Shown: in pieces, positions 1 to 7,979 of the stretch | Numbering within the stretch: position 1 is the stretch's first letter | Layout of the letters: each line of letters begins with the position of its first letter | Source: Promethearchaeota archaeon | GTDB lineage: Archaea; Asgardarchaeota; Lokiarchaeia; Sigyniarchaeales; SOKP01 | DNA: 13,718 nucleotides | Direction of reading: 5' to 3' | Assembly (NCBI GenBank): GCA_008080735.1 | Contig: SHMW01000098.1 | Coordinates: 1-13,718, forward strand | Made by a program: the position numbers and the translations under genes | The notes under the pieces: model-generated | What the model saw: the letters and a program-made list of their open reading frames with translations, nothing else | Told to the model about the DNA's origin: nothing | Databases searched by the model: none

Positions 1-147
1 ATAGCAATTGGAATAGCCCTGGCAAAAATTATTTTAATACCGTTAGGAATCTTTCTATCAGATATAACTTCAGAGGAATTGGTAATTTCGATCGCCGGAG
101 TATTCTTTCTTATTAGCATTATTCCGCTAATGCTTCTAAAGAGATAA
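1..147 (+). CDS. 3' end of a membrane protein gene (partial, runs off window start; possibly a transporter)
   Basis: Frame 1 is open from base 1 to TAA at 145-147 and reads IAIGIALAKIILIPLGIFLSDITSEELVISIAGVFFLISIIPLMLLKR*. It has two hydrophobic TM-like segments and is followed by a T-rich tract. Confidence 0.75.
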   Translation: MAIGIALAKIILIPLGIFLSDITSEELVISIAGVFFLISIIPLMLLKR

Positions 148-162
148 ACAAATTAGTATTCA

Positions 163-224
163 ATTCTTTATTCTTTTTTCTTTCTAATCCCTATGATAAT
201 CATATAAAAATAAAAAAAGAAAAG
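163..224. terminator. Convergent oligo-T terminator region
   Basis: TTCTTTTATTCTTTTTTCTTT lies on + just after the stop at 147. AAAAATAAAAAAAGAAAA (206-223) is a T-tract on - just after the stop of the 235..888 gene. Both fit archaeal U-rich terminators. Confidence 0.5.
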
Positions 225-234
225 GAAATTATAT

Positions 235-888
235 TTAAATCCATCCTAGTGGAATAAAAACAATGAGAGCTACAATTCCGATGGCATAAATAATTCCCAC
301 AAATTTTATCTGTTCCTTTTTATCATCCATATCATACACATAAAACGCCCCAACGAAGAAATGGAAATATCCGATAAGAAAGATCAAAACAGGATTATAC
401 CAATGCCACCACCAATACTCCCAGATGAGATAATCCCCCCAATTTAATAAGATTTCAATAAAAACACAAAATGCCGCAAAAAGTGCTGCGTTAAACCATC
501 GATTTGGAATACGTCCAAATAATTTTTCATCTTTATCTTTGGGTAGAAATTTCGCAAATACGATTCCAGCAATAGAAAACATAAATAGAATCTCAATATT
601 CCAACCAATTAGTATCACAAATGCACTTGCTCCGGGAGTAGTCCAAAATGCGGAATAATCTGTAAAGGTGAACACAAGAGCATTCCAAATCTCATTGATT
701 AAATCTAAGCCTAATACTGTCAAACCTGCGAATATTGTACTCCAATCACCAGTCTCTCGGGCATTTTTAATCTCAACACCATAAATATAAAGGATTATTG
801 CTAACAAGGGAATTATATACCAACCGAAGTCTTCATTTAAAATACGCAATTTGCCAAGAGCTTCTAATGAAGCGGGTGTAGGAACCAT
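235..888 (-). CDS. Hypothetical polytopic membrane protein (~6-7 TM), function unknown
   Basis: 217 aa with multiple hydrophobic helices and polar/aromatic motifs within them (DLINEIWN, GWNIEILFMF, FIEILLN, WEYWWWHW). Confidence 0.85.
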   Translation of the reverse strand: MVPTPASLEALGKLRILNEDFGWYIIPLLAIILYIYGVEIKNARETGDWSTIFAGLTVLGLDLINEIWNALVFTFTDYSAFWTTPGASAFVILIGWNIEILFMFSIAGIVFAKFLPKDKDEKLFGRIPNRWFNAALFAAFCVFIEILLNWGDYLIWEYWWWHWYNPVLIFLIGYFHFFVGAFYVYDMDDKKEQIKFVGIIYAIGIVALIVFIPLGWI

Positions 889-1113
889 CGTTTATTTAAT
901 TCAATTTTGTAATTATGTTGTTAAATATTTTGGTTTGGTTATTATTTATAGTTTTGCTAAGGATTTGCAAACAAAAATTTTTAATCAATTTTTCTATCAT
1001 TTCTAATCTTATAATCCTACATATCTATATAGAATATACTCCATATTTAGTGAGCAAGAAAGTATGTAAGAAAGTGTTTTAAGACATTTTGATTAGATTT
1101 CAATAGGGAAGTA

Positions 1114-1138
1114 GAAAAGTTATAAACAGTTATAGGTG
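1114..1138 (+). promoter_or_regulatory. Putative archaeal BRE/TATA promoter plus SD-like motif for the glycosyltransferase pair
   Basis: GAAAAG (1114-1119) is followed directly by TTATAAA (1120-1126). AGGTG (1134-1138) sits 8 nt before the TTG start at 1147. Confidence 0.5.
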
Positions 1139-1146
1139 TTTTTTAT

Positions 1147-2193
1147 TTGAAAATATTATATGGAATAAACACGATTGGCTCGGGTCATATAAATCGCAGT
1201 AGTGTGGTTATTTCCCAATTACAAAAAGATGGTCATCATGTTGATTGCATTTTTAGTGGACCGAATCCACCTAAATATGCGTTAAAAATAGCGAACCGCT
1301 ATACTCAAGTTCATGGCTATCGAATGAAATTTAATGGCCAAAATCCCGATCCAATTATGACTTTTTGGGAAAATTTCAAAAAAGCACGCTCTATTTTAAA
1401 ATCCTTATTCAAATCTTTCCGAATCAGCCTAAGCCAAGATTATGATGCGATAATAAGCGATTTTGAATTATCCACTTGTTTAGCTGGATTTTTTCTGCGA
1501 AAACCTGTTATCATTGTCGATCACCAACATTCATTGATTCACCCCGGCGCATTACGAGCCCCGGGTAAGTTTTCCGATATCTTCAATGCTCTAATCGCGA
1601 TGGGGATGTCGAATCCATATTTTAAACATATCTTCGCATTAGATTTAGTAAACCAACCAATTCGAAGGTTCAAAGAAACCTTATTTCCATTGATTTGGAA
1701 GCCTGAAATGATAGACTTATCAGTTTCTGTTGAGGATCATTATTGTGTCTATCTTCCTTATATTCCAATAAATAAGATATGTAAAGTTTTTTCCGAATTT
1801 CCCGAGACAACCTTCCATGTATATGGGTTTGATATGGACAAAACTCATAGAAACATACATTTTAAACCAACTTCAAGATACGGTTTTTTAGAAGATATGG
1901 CAAGTAGTAAGGGTGTTATATCCCACACAGGATTTTCAATAACATGGGAGATTATGCTCCTTAAAAAACCTTTCTATACTATTCCTCTAGAACACCACTA
2001 TGAGCAGCAGACAAACGCCTATAGACTATCAAAAAAGAATTTAGCTTTTGTTGGAGATGATCTGTCAATTTATTATCTGAAAAGATTTATTGATCAATGT
2101 GAACAAGATAGTTTTCTAAATAAGGGCGATATTAGGATCTTAGAACCAAATACCTTGACCAAATGTATCTATAAAGAAATCGCAAAAGCATAA
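1147..2193 (+). CDS. GT-B glycosyltransferase, MJ1255/VC2487-like family
   Basis: N-terminal MKILYGINTIGSGHINRS, central IISDFE and IIVDHQH, and C-terminal ISHTGFSITWE...KPFYTIP...HYEQQTNA match the pattern of this family. TTG start. Confidence 0.85.
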   Translation: MKILYGINTIGSGHINRSSVVISQLQKDGHHVDCIFSGPNPPKYALKIANRYTQVHGYRMKFNGQNPDPIMTFWENFKKARSILKSLFKSFRISLSQDYDAIISDFELSTCLAGFFLRKPVIIVDHQHSLIHPGALRAPGKFSDIFNALIAMGMSNPYFKHIFALDLVNQPIRRFKETLFPLIWKPEMIDLSVSVEDHYCVYLPYIPINKICKVFSEFPETTFHVYGFDMDKTHRNIHFKPTSRYGFLEDMASSKGVISHTGFSITWEIMLLKKPFYTIPLEHHYEQQTNAYRLSKKNLAFVGDDLSIYYLKRFIDQCEQDSFLNKGDIRILEPNTLTKCIYKEIAKA

Positions 2194-2216
2194 TAATGAA
2201 AAAATTTTTATGAGAT

Positions 2217-3467
2217 ATGGGGTCGAAAAGGTTAAATATCGGCTTTTTTTCTTGTATGTACCATCAAATAAATGGATTATCTCACGCGCTGCGATCTATA
2301 TCCAATGCAATGGCAGAACGCGGACACAAGGTTCATATTTTTTGCCCAGGTTTACATGAGTATGAGAGTACTCCCCACAAGAATATTTATTTTCATAGCT
2401 TACCAGGACTCAAATTAAAAAATGGGACGGGTTTTCAATTGAGTGTCCCAATTCATAGATATTTTAATAATAATTATGATTTTTTAGATATTTGTCATAA
2501 TCACACTCATTATACAGTAGGAGCAATAGGAATAATCACAGCAAAAAAATTTGGAATCCCAATTATCGGAACTCATAGCAGTCCATTCCATTACTATAGT
2601 GCGCAATATATTCCAATTATTGGGTCGGTTCTCGTTCATTCTAAGTTTTTATGGCAATTTGAACGATGGATCCTTGATATATATGATTTTGTTCATGTCC
2701 CCACAAGATCCAAAAAAAATCTGTTACTATCGTATAAGTTTCGAGAACCCATAATCTACATGAGCAACGGTATCCCAGATTTTTACTATAGAGAGATAAA
2801 AGAAAATGGGATAAAGGAGAAATATAGTCTTGAAAACAAAAGGATATTGTTATATGTATCTCGACTATCTCCGGAAAAACATACGATTAAGGTAATAAAA
2901 TGTTTCAAAAACATTAATAAGAGAATTCCAGATGCTCAACTGGTTATTGTAGGAAGTGATGGTCCATTAACTAGTCATGTAAAAAATATAGTGAAGAAAG
3001 AAAAATATAAAGATAAAGTATCTTATCTTGGAACCGTTCCATATGAAGATATCTTGAAACTTTATCATGCTGCTGATTTGTCTTGCCTTTGGTCCTGGGT
3101 GGAAGCTGAAGGATTAGTGCTTTTAGAAGCAATGGCACAAGGCACTCCAAATGTCGGGGCAAATGCTTGTGGGATTGAAGATGTGATTCTGCATGGAAAA
3201 ACGGGGTATTTGGCGAATAATCTAAAACAATTTGAGAAGTATGTGATTGAATTATTACAAAATGAAGATTTGCGACTCAGATTTGGAAAAAATGCTAAAG
3301 ATAGAGCTCTGAGCTATCGAATCAGTGAAATAGCCAAAACTTGGGAAAGCTTATATAGATTTACAATAGAAGATTTCCATAAATACAAATCAAATAGTAT
3401 CCCCCGCATGAAAAGAGTTGAGTTGTTAAAACAATTTGTTAAAAAAATACCTAATTGTAACTTTTAA
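2217..3467 (+). CDS. GT4 family glycosyltransferase, resembling diacylglycerol glucosyltransferase-like GT4s
   Basis: Motifs QING...ERGHKVHIFCP, HNHTHY, LYVSRLSPEK, LVIVGSDGP and the EX7E signature EAEGLVLLEAMAQGTP. Starts 23 nt after the preceding GT, so probably co-transcribed. Confidence 0.9.
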   Translation: MGSKRLNIGFFSCMYHQINGLSHALRSISNAMAERGHKVHIFCPGLHEYESTPHKNIYFHSLPGLKLKNGTGFQLSVPIHRYFNNNYDFLDICHNHTHYTVGAIGIITAKKFGIPIIGTHSSPFHYYSAQYIPIIGSVLVHSKFLWQFERWILDIYDFVHVPTRSKKNLLLSYKFREPIIYMSNGIPDFYYREIKENGIKEKYSLENKRILLYVSRLSPEKHTIKVIKCFKNINKRIPDAQLVIVGSDGPLTSHVKNIVKKEKYKDKVSYLGTVPYEDILKLYHAADLSCLWSWVEAEGLVLLEAMAQGTPNVGANACGIEDVILHGKTGYLANNLKQFEKYVIELLQNEDLRLRFGKNAKDRALSYRISEIAKTWESLYRFTIEDFHKYKSNSIPRMKRVELLKQFVKKIPNCNF

Positions 3468-3474
3468 TAAATCT

Positions 3475-4266
3475 CTAATTCTTCTTACATCGTCTTGCTA
3501 TTAAGGCCGAAGATGCTCCCGCGCCAAATCCGTTATCGATATTTACAACTAACAACCCAGGACTGCACGATTGTAACATTGTGACTAATGCTCCTTCTCC
3601 TCTACCACCTTTCCCATATCCACTCGACACGGGTACTCCGATAACGGGCACATCTACTAATGCGGCAACAACACCTGGAAGAGTTCCCTCCATTCCTGCG
3701 CACACAATTATTACATCTACATTTTTTTGTACCATATCACTTAAGGGCTCGAAAATTCGATGAATTCCCGCTATCCCGATATCATAACTAGAGATAACTT
3801 CACAACCCATCGTATTTAAAATGATTTTTGCCTCTTCAGCGATTGGGATATCTGAACTTCCTGCAGTAATTAAACCCACAATTCCTTGATTTTTCTCAAA
3901 CGAATATTCCTTTTCTTGGATAATTATGGTTCTTGCTAACTCGTTAACTTCAATAGCATAGTTCTCATCAGAGAGATAGCGATTTTTAAGTAGTTCGTGC
4001 TGATGTTCAGTAAAACGAGATATAATCACAAATCGATTTTCTTCTAAATATGATTCAACGATTTTGATAAGAATTTCTGATTTTTTATTTTCAGCAAGAA
4101 TGACCTCTGGAACTCCAGTTCTCGTCTTACGGAATATATCTAGTTGTGCTAAACCATCAACTTCTTTAATAAAATTTGCTTTGAGTAATTTCTCTGCTTC
4201 ATCGAGCTGAATATTACCATCCAATAGATTTTTCAATATGTTTTTAATATTAACCATTTTTATCAT
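3475..4266 (-). CDS. larB: Nickel-pincer nucleotide cofactor biosynthesis protein LarB (PurE/AIR-carboxylase-like)
   Basis: LarB signatures LDIFRKTRTGVPEVILAENK, TAGSSDIPIAEEA, DIGIAGIHR, AGMEGTLPGVVAALVDVPVIGVPVSSGYG and MLQSCSPGLLVVNIDNGFGAG. The start could alternatively be the second Met (4257). Confidence 0.92.
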   Translation of the reverse strand: MIKMVNIKNILKNLLDGNIQLDEAEKLLKANFIKEVDGLAQLDIFRKTRTGVPEVILAENKKSEILIKIVESYLEENRFVIISRFTEHQHELLKNRYLSDENYAIEVNELARTIIIQEKEYSFEKNQGIVGLITAGSSDIPIAEEAKIILNTMGCEVISSYDIGIAGIHRIFEPLSDMVQKNVDVIIVCAGMEGTLPGVVAALVDVPVIGVPVSSGYGKGGRGEGALVTMLQSCSPGLLVVNIDNGFGAGASSALIARRCKKN

Positions 4267-6917
4267 CCAAATAATTTTGCTCGGCGAACAATAAACCCAA
4301 TCAAATACTTAAGTAAAAATCTCACTATTCTTCCGAAAAAGATTTCGATACCAGAAAAGTAGTACCCTTGGGCACCAAAATAATTTTGGGTCAGAGAGAT
4401 ATCACCTTTAAGGAGATCTGGCTTTTTCAAATCTCCATTCAAATTGGGAGGGGGTCCATAGGATTTGACATGTTCCCAAGAACTATCTTTAAACTCTAAA
4501 GATTTCCATTCTTCTATAGAATTATATATTTGTTTTTTTGAATAAACCCATAACTCATCTGATAAGATCTCAATTATAGAGCCATCTTCGAGTTCAATCT
4601 GACCAAATAAATTAAAAGCTCCCTTAAATCCCTCATAGCTAATAGCTTCTATGGCTAATATGTTTTCTCCTTTTTTTAGATGCTCAGTAATATCAAAAAC
4701 CTGTACTCGTAAAATTATTGGCAACCGAGATAATGAAAATCTGCCTAAAACTTCCCCCACATATTCTCGATTCACATAGATTTTCATATGATTGCAAACA
4801 GTTGTTTGGATTAATGCTCTATTAATCGGTTTCCTTAACTCAAATCTTTTTCTAAAAAATCGAAATTTCTTTGGACAGGTTCTCTCATTTGGCCCAATCC
4901 ATTCAGATTCCAAAAATGGATTTTTGAAAAAGATGTTATTTTTGAGCTGAGTAATTTTTTCATTATATGCTTTAATTAAATAGTCGAACATTTGCAAATT
5001 GTAATCAAGGCACGGTCTTTTTGCCGCATTTAGCCACAGACTTTCATATTTTTGTTTAAGATATTTGATTTTTTCCCGAATATATTCTATATTTTTGATT
5101 ATTTCATTGATTTGATCCTTTGATAAATTCGAATTTCTCAAAGTATCGGCAATTTGAACTGAAAATTTGATTTTTTCTCCACAATATTTTGCCAATTCTG
5201 CTCCAAATTCAATATACCCAAAATTACTTTTTTCAAATTTTACTTTAGGAAGAATTTGTTTATATAGTTCAATACAATTATCTCCCAATTTACGCAGCTC
5301 TTCATACTTTTTAAGACCAGGCTTGAATTTTTTAGCGGGAAAGGGGTGTTTAAAAAAATCGGTATAAAATAGTGGAGGTAATATCATCCGCAACCGATAA
5401 TAATATTCTGCTGAAGAGGAAAGATGAGTGTAAAGTTCGTTAAAGATTTGTAAATATTTCTCTTCAAGCCCATAAAAAAGAAATCCAAATTTTTGCTTAA
5501 ATCTTTTATAATCAAAAGCTTTTACATTCCAGGCTTTATCCGCAGTGATAATCGCTCCAAAAATTTCATTTTCTCTGAGTGAAAAATATCTTTGATCCCC
5601 CCAAGTCGAAGTTAATATACCCAGACATCCTCTACCACTGTATTTATAGGCAATATCAACCATATTTATTATATTTTTACTTGCATTTATGCTATCGGGG
5701 AAATTTCTATTCCAATTCAACATTGAAGGACTTACAATTACTTTATGACCAGCATCTAAAAATTTTTCTACAGGTTCTGGATCAACATCGGGATTATATT
5801 CCCAATACATTAAAATCATATCTCTGTTTAGTCTATTTAGTATTTCCTCATCTTTTCTGACCATATCATCATACATTATGATATTTTTATTTCCATATTC
5901 AGAAGTAATATCAAAAATCTGATTATAAAAATCGCTCATCACCTTACTCTGTCCGTGTTTTTCAATATAATTCTTTGATTTATATTTTCCCACGTCAAAA
6001 CTTTCATCGCATCCGATATGAAAATAATCTGTAGAAAAGCACTTACTCATTTCTGAGATATAATCGCGTAAAAAGGGATATATATCAGGATTAGAAATAT
6101 CTAAGGAATGTGCTCCAGGAAATTCTCCTAGGTGTTGATAATTCTTATGCTGTAAAATATTATCGAAATGACCCAGACATTCAAAAATCGGAACCAGTTC
6201 GACAAAATGTTCTCTAGCATATACATCGATTTCTCTTATTTCATCTGAAGTGAGCGCACCTCGATCTTTTCCGATAAGCGGATGATCTGGATGAGCAAAC
6301 ATATCTTCAAAATATAAGCAATAAAAATTCATTTTATAATGGCTTAAAATTTTAATATATCGCTTCGCATTTTCGACTGTGCATACTTGCCCACGAGAAA
6401 TATCTTGAGCAACCCCTCTGACTATTAAATCAGGACAATCTTTTATGATAAGTGAGGGTATTATAATATCTTTCGAAGGACTTAACTCTGGTCTAATCAA
6501 TGAGTTTTTAATGATTTGAATGAATGTTTGAATCCCATAAAAAAGACCCTTTTCATTGGTGCTATAAATTACGATTTTACTATTAGAGATCTCAAGATTA
6601 TATGATTCTTGGTTATTTAATCCGACTAAATCGGAACGATTATATCTACTTAGAAGGCTTGAATCGTTAAGTTCCATTTCGGTTTTTTCTAAAGAGATTG
6701 ATGTATAATCTTGCAAATGTTCGACTAAATTATTGAAAAGTAACTCAATATTATTCACATTTATAAAACTTACAAGGATGTTTTCTCTTATTCTAAAAAA
6801 GATTTCCTTTTCTATAGAAATACTTTTTGGTTTAGGAATAAATATAAGCTGGTCAATATCTCGACCTTCTGCCAATTGTAACCCATCAATTAGTATGAAT
6901 TTAAGCTGAGAATCCAT
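4263..6917 (-). CDS. GH20 beta-N-acetylhexosaminidase (GcnA/HexD-like) with a C-terminal galactose-binding-like beta-sandwich domain
   Basis: GH20 domain 2 (ESYNLEIS...GLFYGIQTFIQI), then a TIM barrel with RGVAQDISRG, YFEDMF, VPIFECLGH, the catalytic HIGCDE, YWEY and STWGD. The C-terminal part (FFRKRF...KIYVN...FDITEHLKKGENILAI...SDELW...WKSLEFKDSSW) resembles rhamnosidase-N/CBM67-like modules. No signal peptide. Confidence 0.88.
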   Translation of the reverse strand: MDSQLKFILIDGLQLAEGRDIDQLIFIPKPKSISIEKEIFFRIRENILVSFINVNNIELLFNNLVEHLQDYTSISLEKTEMELNDSSLLSRYNRSDLVGLNNQESYNLEISNSKIVIYSTNEKGLFYGIQTFIQIIKNSLIRPELSPSKDIIIPSLIIKDCPDLIVRGVAQDISRGQVCTVENAKRYIKILSHYKMNFYCLYFEDMFAHPDHPLIGKDRGALTSDEIREIDVYAREHFVELVPIFECLGHFDNILQHKNYQHLGEFPGAHSLDISNPDIYPFLRDYISEMSKCFSTDYFHIGCDESFDVGKYKSKNYIEKHGQSKVMSDFYNQIFDITSEYGNKNIIMYDDMVRKDEEILNRLNRDMILMYWEYNPDVDPEPVEKFLDAGHKVIVSPSMLNWNRNFPDSINASKNIINMVDIAYKYSGRGCLGILTSTWGDQRYFSLRENEIFGAIITADKAWNVKAFDYKRFKQKFGFLFYGLEEKYLQIFNELYTHLSSSAEYYYRLRMILPPLFYTDFFKHPFPAKKFKPGLKKYEELRKLGDNCIELYKQILPKVKFEKSNFGYIEFGAELAKYCGEKIKFSVQIADTLRNSNLSKDQINEIIKNIEYIREKIKYLKQKYESLWLNAAKRPCLDYNLQMFDYLIKAYNEKITQLKNNIFFKNPFLESEWIGPNERTCPKKFRFFRKRFELRKPINRALIQTTVCNHMKIYVNREYVGEVLGRFSLSRLPIILRVQVFDITEHLKKGENILAIEAISYEGFKGAFNLFGQIELEDGSIIEILSDELWVYSKKQIYNSIEEWKSLEFKDSSWEHVKSYGPPPNLNGDLKKPDLLKGDISLTQNYFGAQGYYFSGIEIFFGRIVRFLLKYLIGFIVRRAKLFG

Positions 6918-7077
6918 TTAAGTCAACTCATTGTAAAATTCCAATAGATATTATTAATTAATGCTTAATTAAAATTTTATAGTTATCAAGAAAAATAGGA
7001 GTTTCCTAAAAATAATTCCTTAGATGTAATATAATAAAGGAGAGTTATATTTTAAGGGATATAGAGTTTATTATTGA

Positions 7078-7779
7078 TTATTCATAATCATAAGTAATAT
7101 CTTCTTTATTTAGTGGATGTACTACGACTCTCAAATTTCCAAAGCGAGGGTTAAAATTTTGGATTACATTAGAAATCTTATTAAAAATCTTGAATGGATT
7201 ATCTTCATCATAGCCTTGAATCCAAATAATAACTTCATTACCATCTGGCGAATTTCCTATTTCGATTCCATCAAGTAATAACGATTCAGGCTTAATTAGT
7301 TCCATTTTTTCGCGTTCTTTTTCAAGTATCAGCTCTAACTTCTCTGCTAATTGGTTTAATACATCTTCCATATCATCATCAAATTCCCGCCCCCCCATCA
7401 TCCAAATAATAGTAATTAATCTTCGACTTACTCCAAATTTCTCCTCTTCCGCTTCGAGTTCAGCAGCTGCCTGATCCAACTTCATTTTATATGTTTCGAC
7501 TGCCTCTTCATATTCCGATTCAGATATAGTAATAAATACATTAGAATTGGTATTTGATGAATTTGATAATGAATAATATAGATGGGAGTATTCTTCTACG
7601 CGTCCCTCAGAAATAAGCTTTTCTAAAGCATTGTTGATCTCGGGGAGAGACACTAAGATACGCAATCGAAGATCTATCCATCCAATGAGATTGTTCAAAC
7701 TCATTGATTCGGACAATCCATTCATCTTAAGAGCCCATAAAATTGCTTTTTCTATTTGATTTTTATCTACCATTTCCAT
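7078..7779 (-). CDS. Acidic hypothetical protein (~233 aa); start probably ATG at 7779 rather than 7932
   Basis: The first 51 codons of the 284-aa ORF lie in the AT-rich divergent promoter region and overlap the putative pgk promoter. From MEMVDKNQIEK onward the sequence looks like a globular protein. Confidence 0.7.
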   Translation of the reverse strand: MEMVDKNQIEKAILWALKMNGLSESMSLNNLIGWIDLRLRILVSLPEINNALEKLISEGRVEEYSHLYYSLSNSSNTNSNVFITISESEYEEAVETYKMKLDQAAAELEAEEEKFGVSRRLITIIWMMGGREFDDDMEDVLNQLAEKLELILEKEREKMELIKPESLLLDGIEIGNSPDGNEVIIWIQGYDEDNPFKIFNKISNVIQNFNPRFGNLRVVVHPLNKEDITYDYE

Positions 7780-7917
7780 AGTAAAGTTATTTTTAATGAT
7801 TGATAAGAAATAAGGGGTTTGAAGATATATTAAGATTGCTAAGTGATATAAATCATATCCTACAAAGAATATGATTGTTTTTAATGCAAAATTCATAAAT
7901 TTAGATATCCTACATAA

Positions 7918-7930
7918 GAAAAGTTTATTC
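7918..7930 (+). promoter_or_regulatory. Putative BRE/TATA promoter of pgk
   Basis: GAAAAG-TTTATTC about 50-60 nt upstream of ATG 7980. It has the same GAAAAG-TT architecture as the motif at 1114. Confidence 0.4.
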
Positions 7931-7979
7931 ATATGCTTAAATTATTTTACCATAATAAAATCTAAAGAGTTGAAGTTTA

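Noticed and set aside
2551-3162. Small ORFs 2551..2754 (+) and 2971..3162 (-)
   Set aside because: Both lie wholly inside the well-supported GT4 gene in alternative or antisense frames and have no motifs.
3581-3763. 60-aa Pro/Thr-rich ORF on +
   Set aside because: It is the antisense shadow of the Gly/Val-rich larB core; its composition is explained by the reverse-complement codons.
5167-5860. ORFs 5167..5367 and 5579..5860 on +
   Set aside because: Both are antisense to the GH20 gene, short, and lack protein-like features.
7780-7932. N-terminal 51 codons of the 284-aa ORF as an apparent TM or signal segment
   Set aside because: They overlap the AT-rich divergent promoter region, including the putative pgk BRE/TATA, and are more likely a chance open extension.
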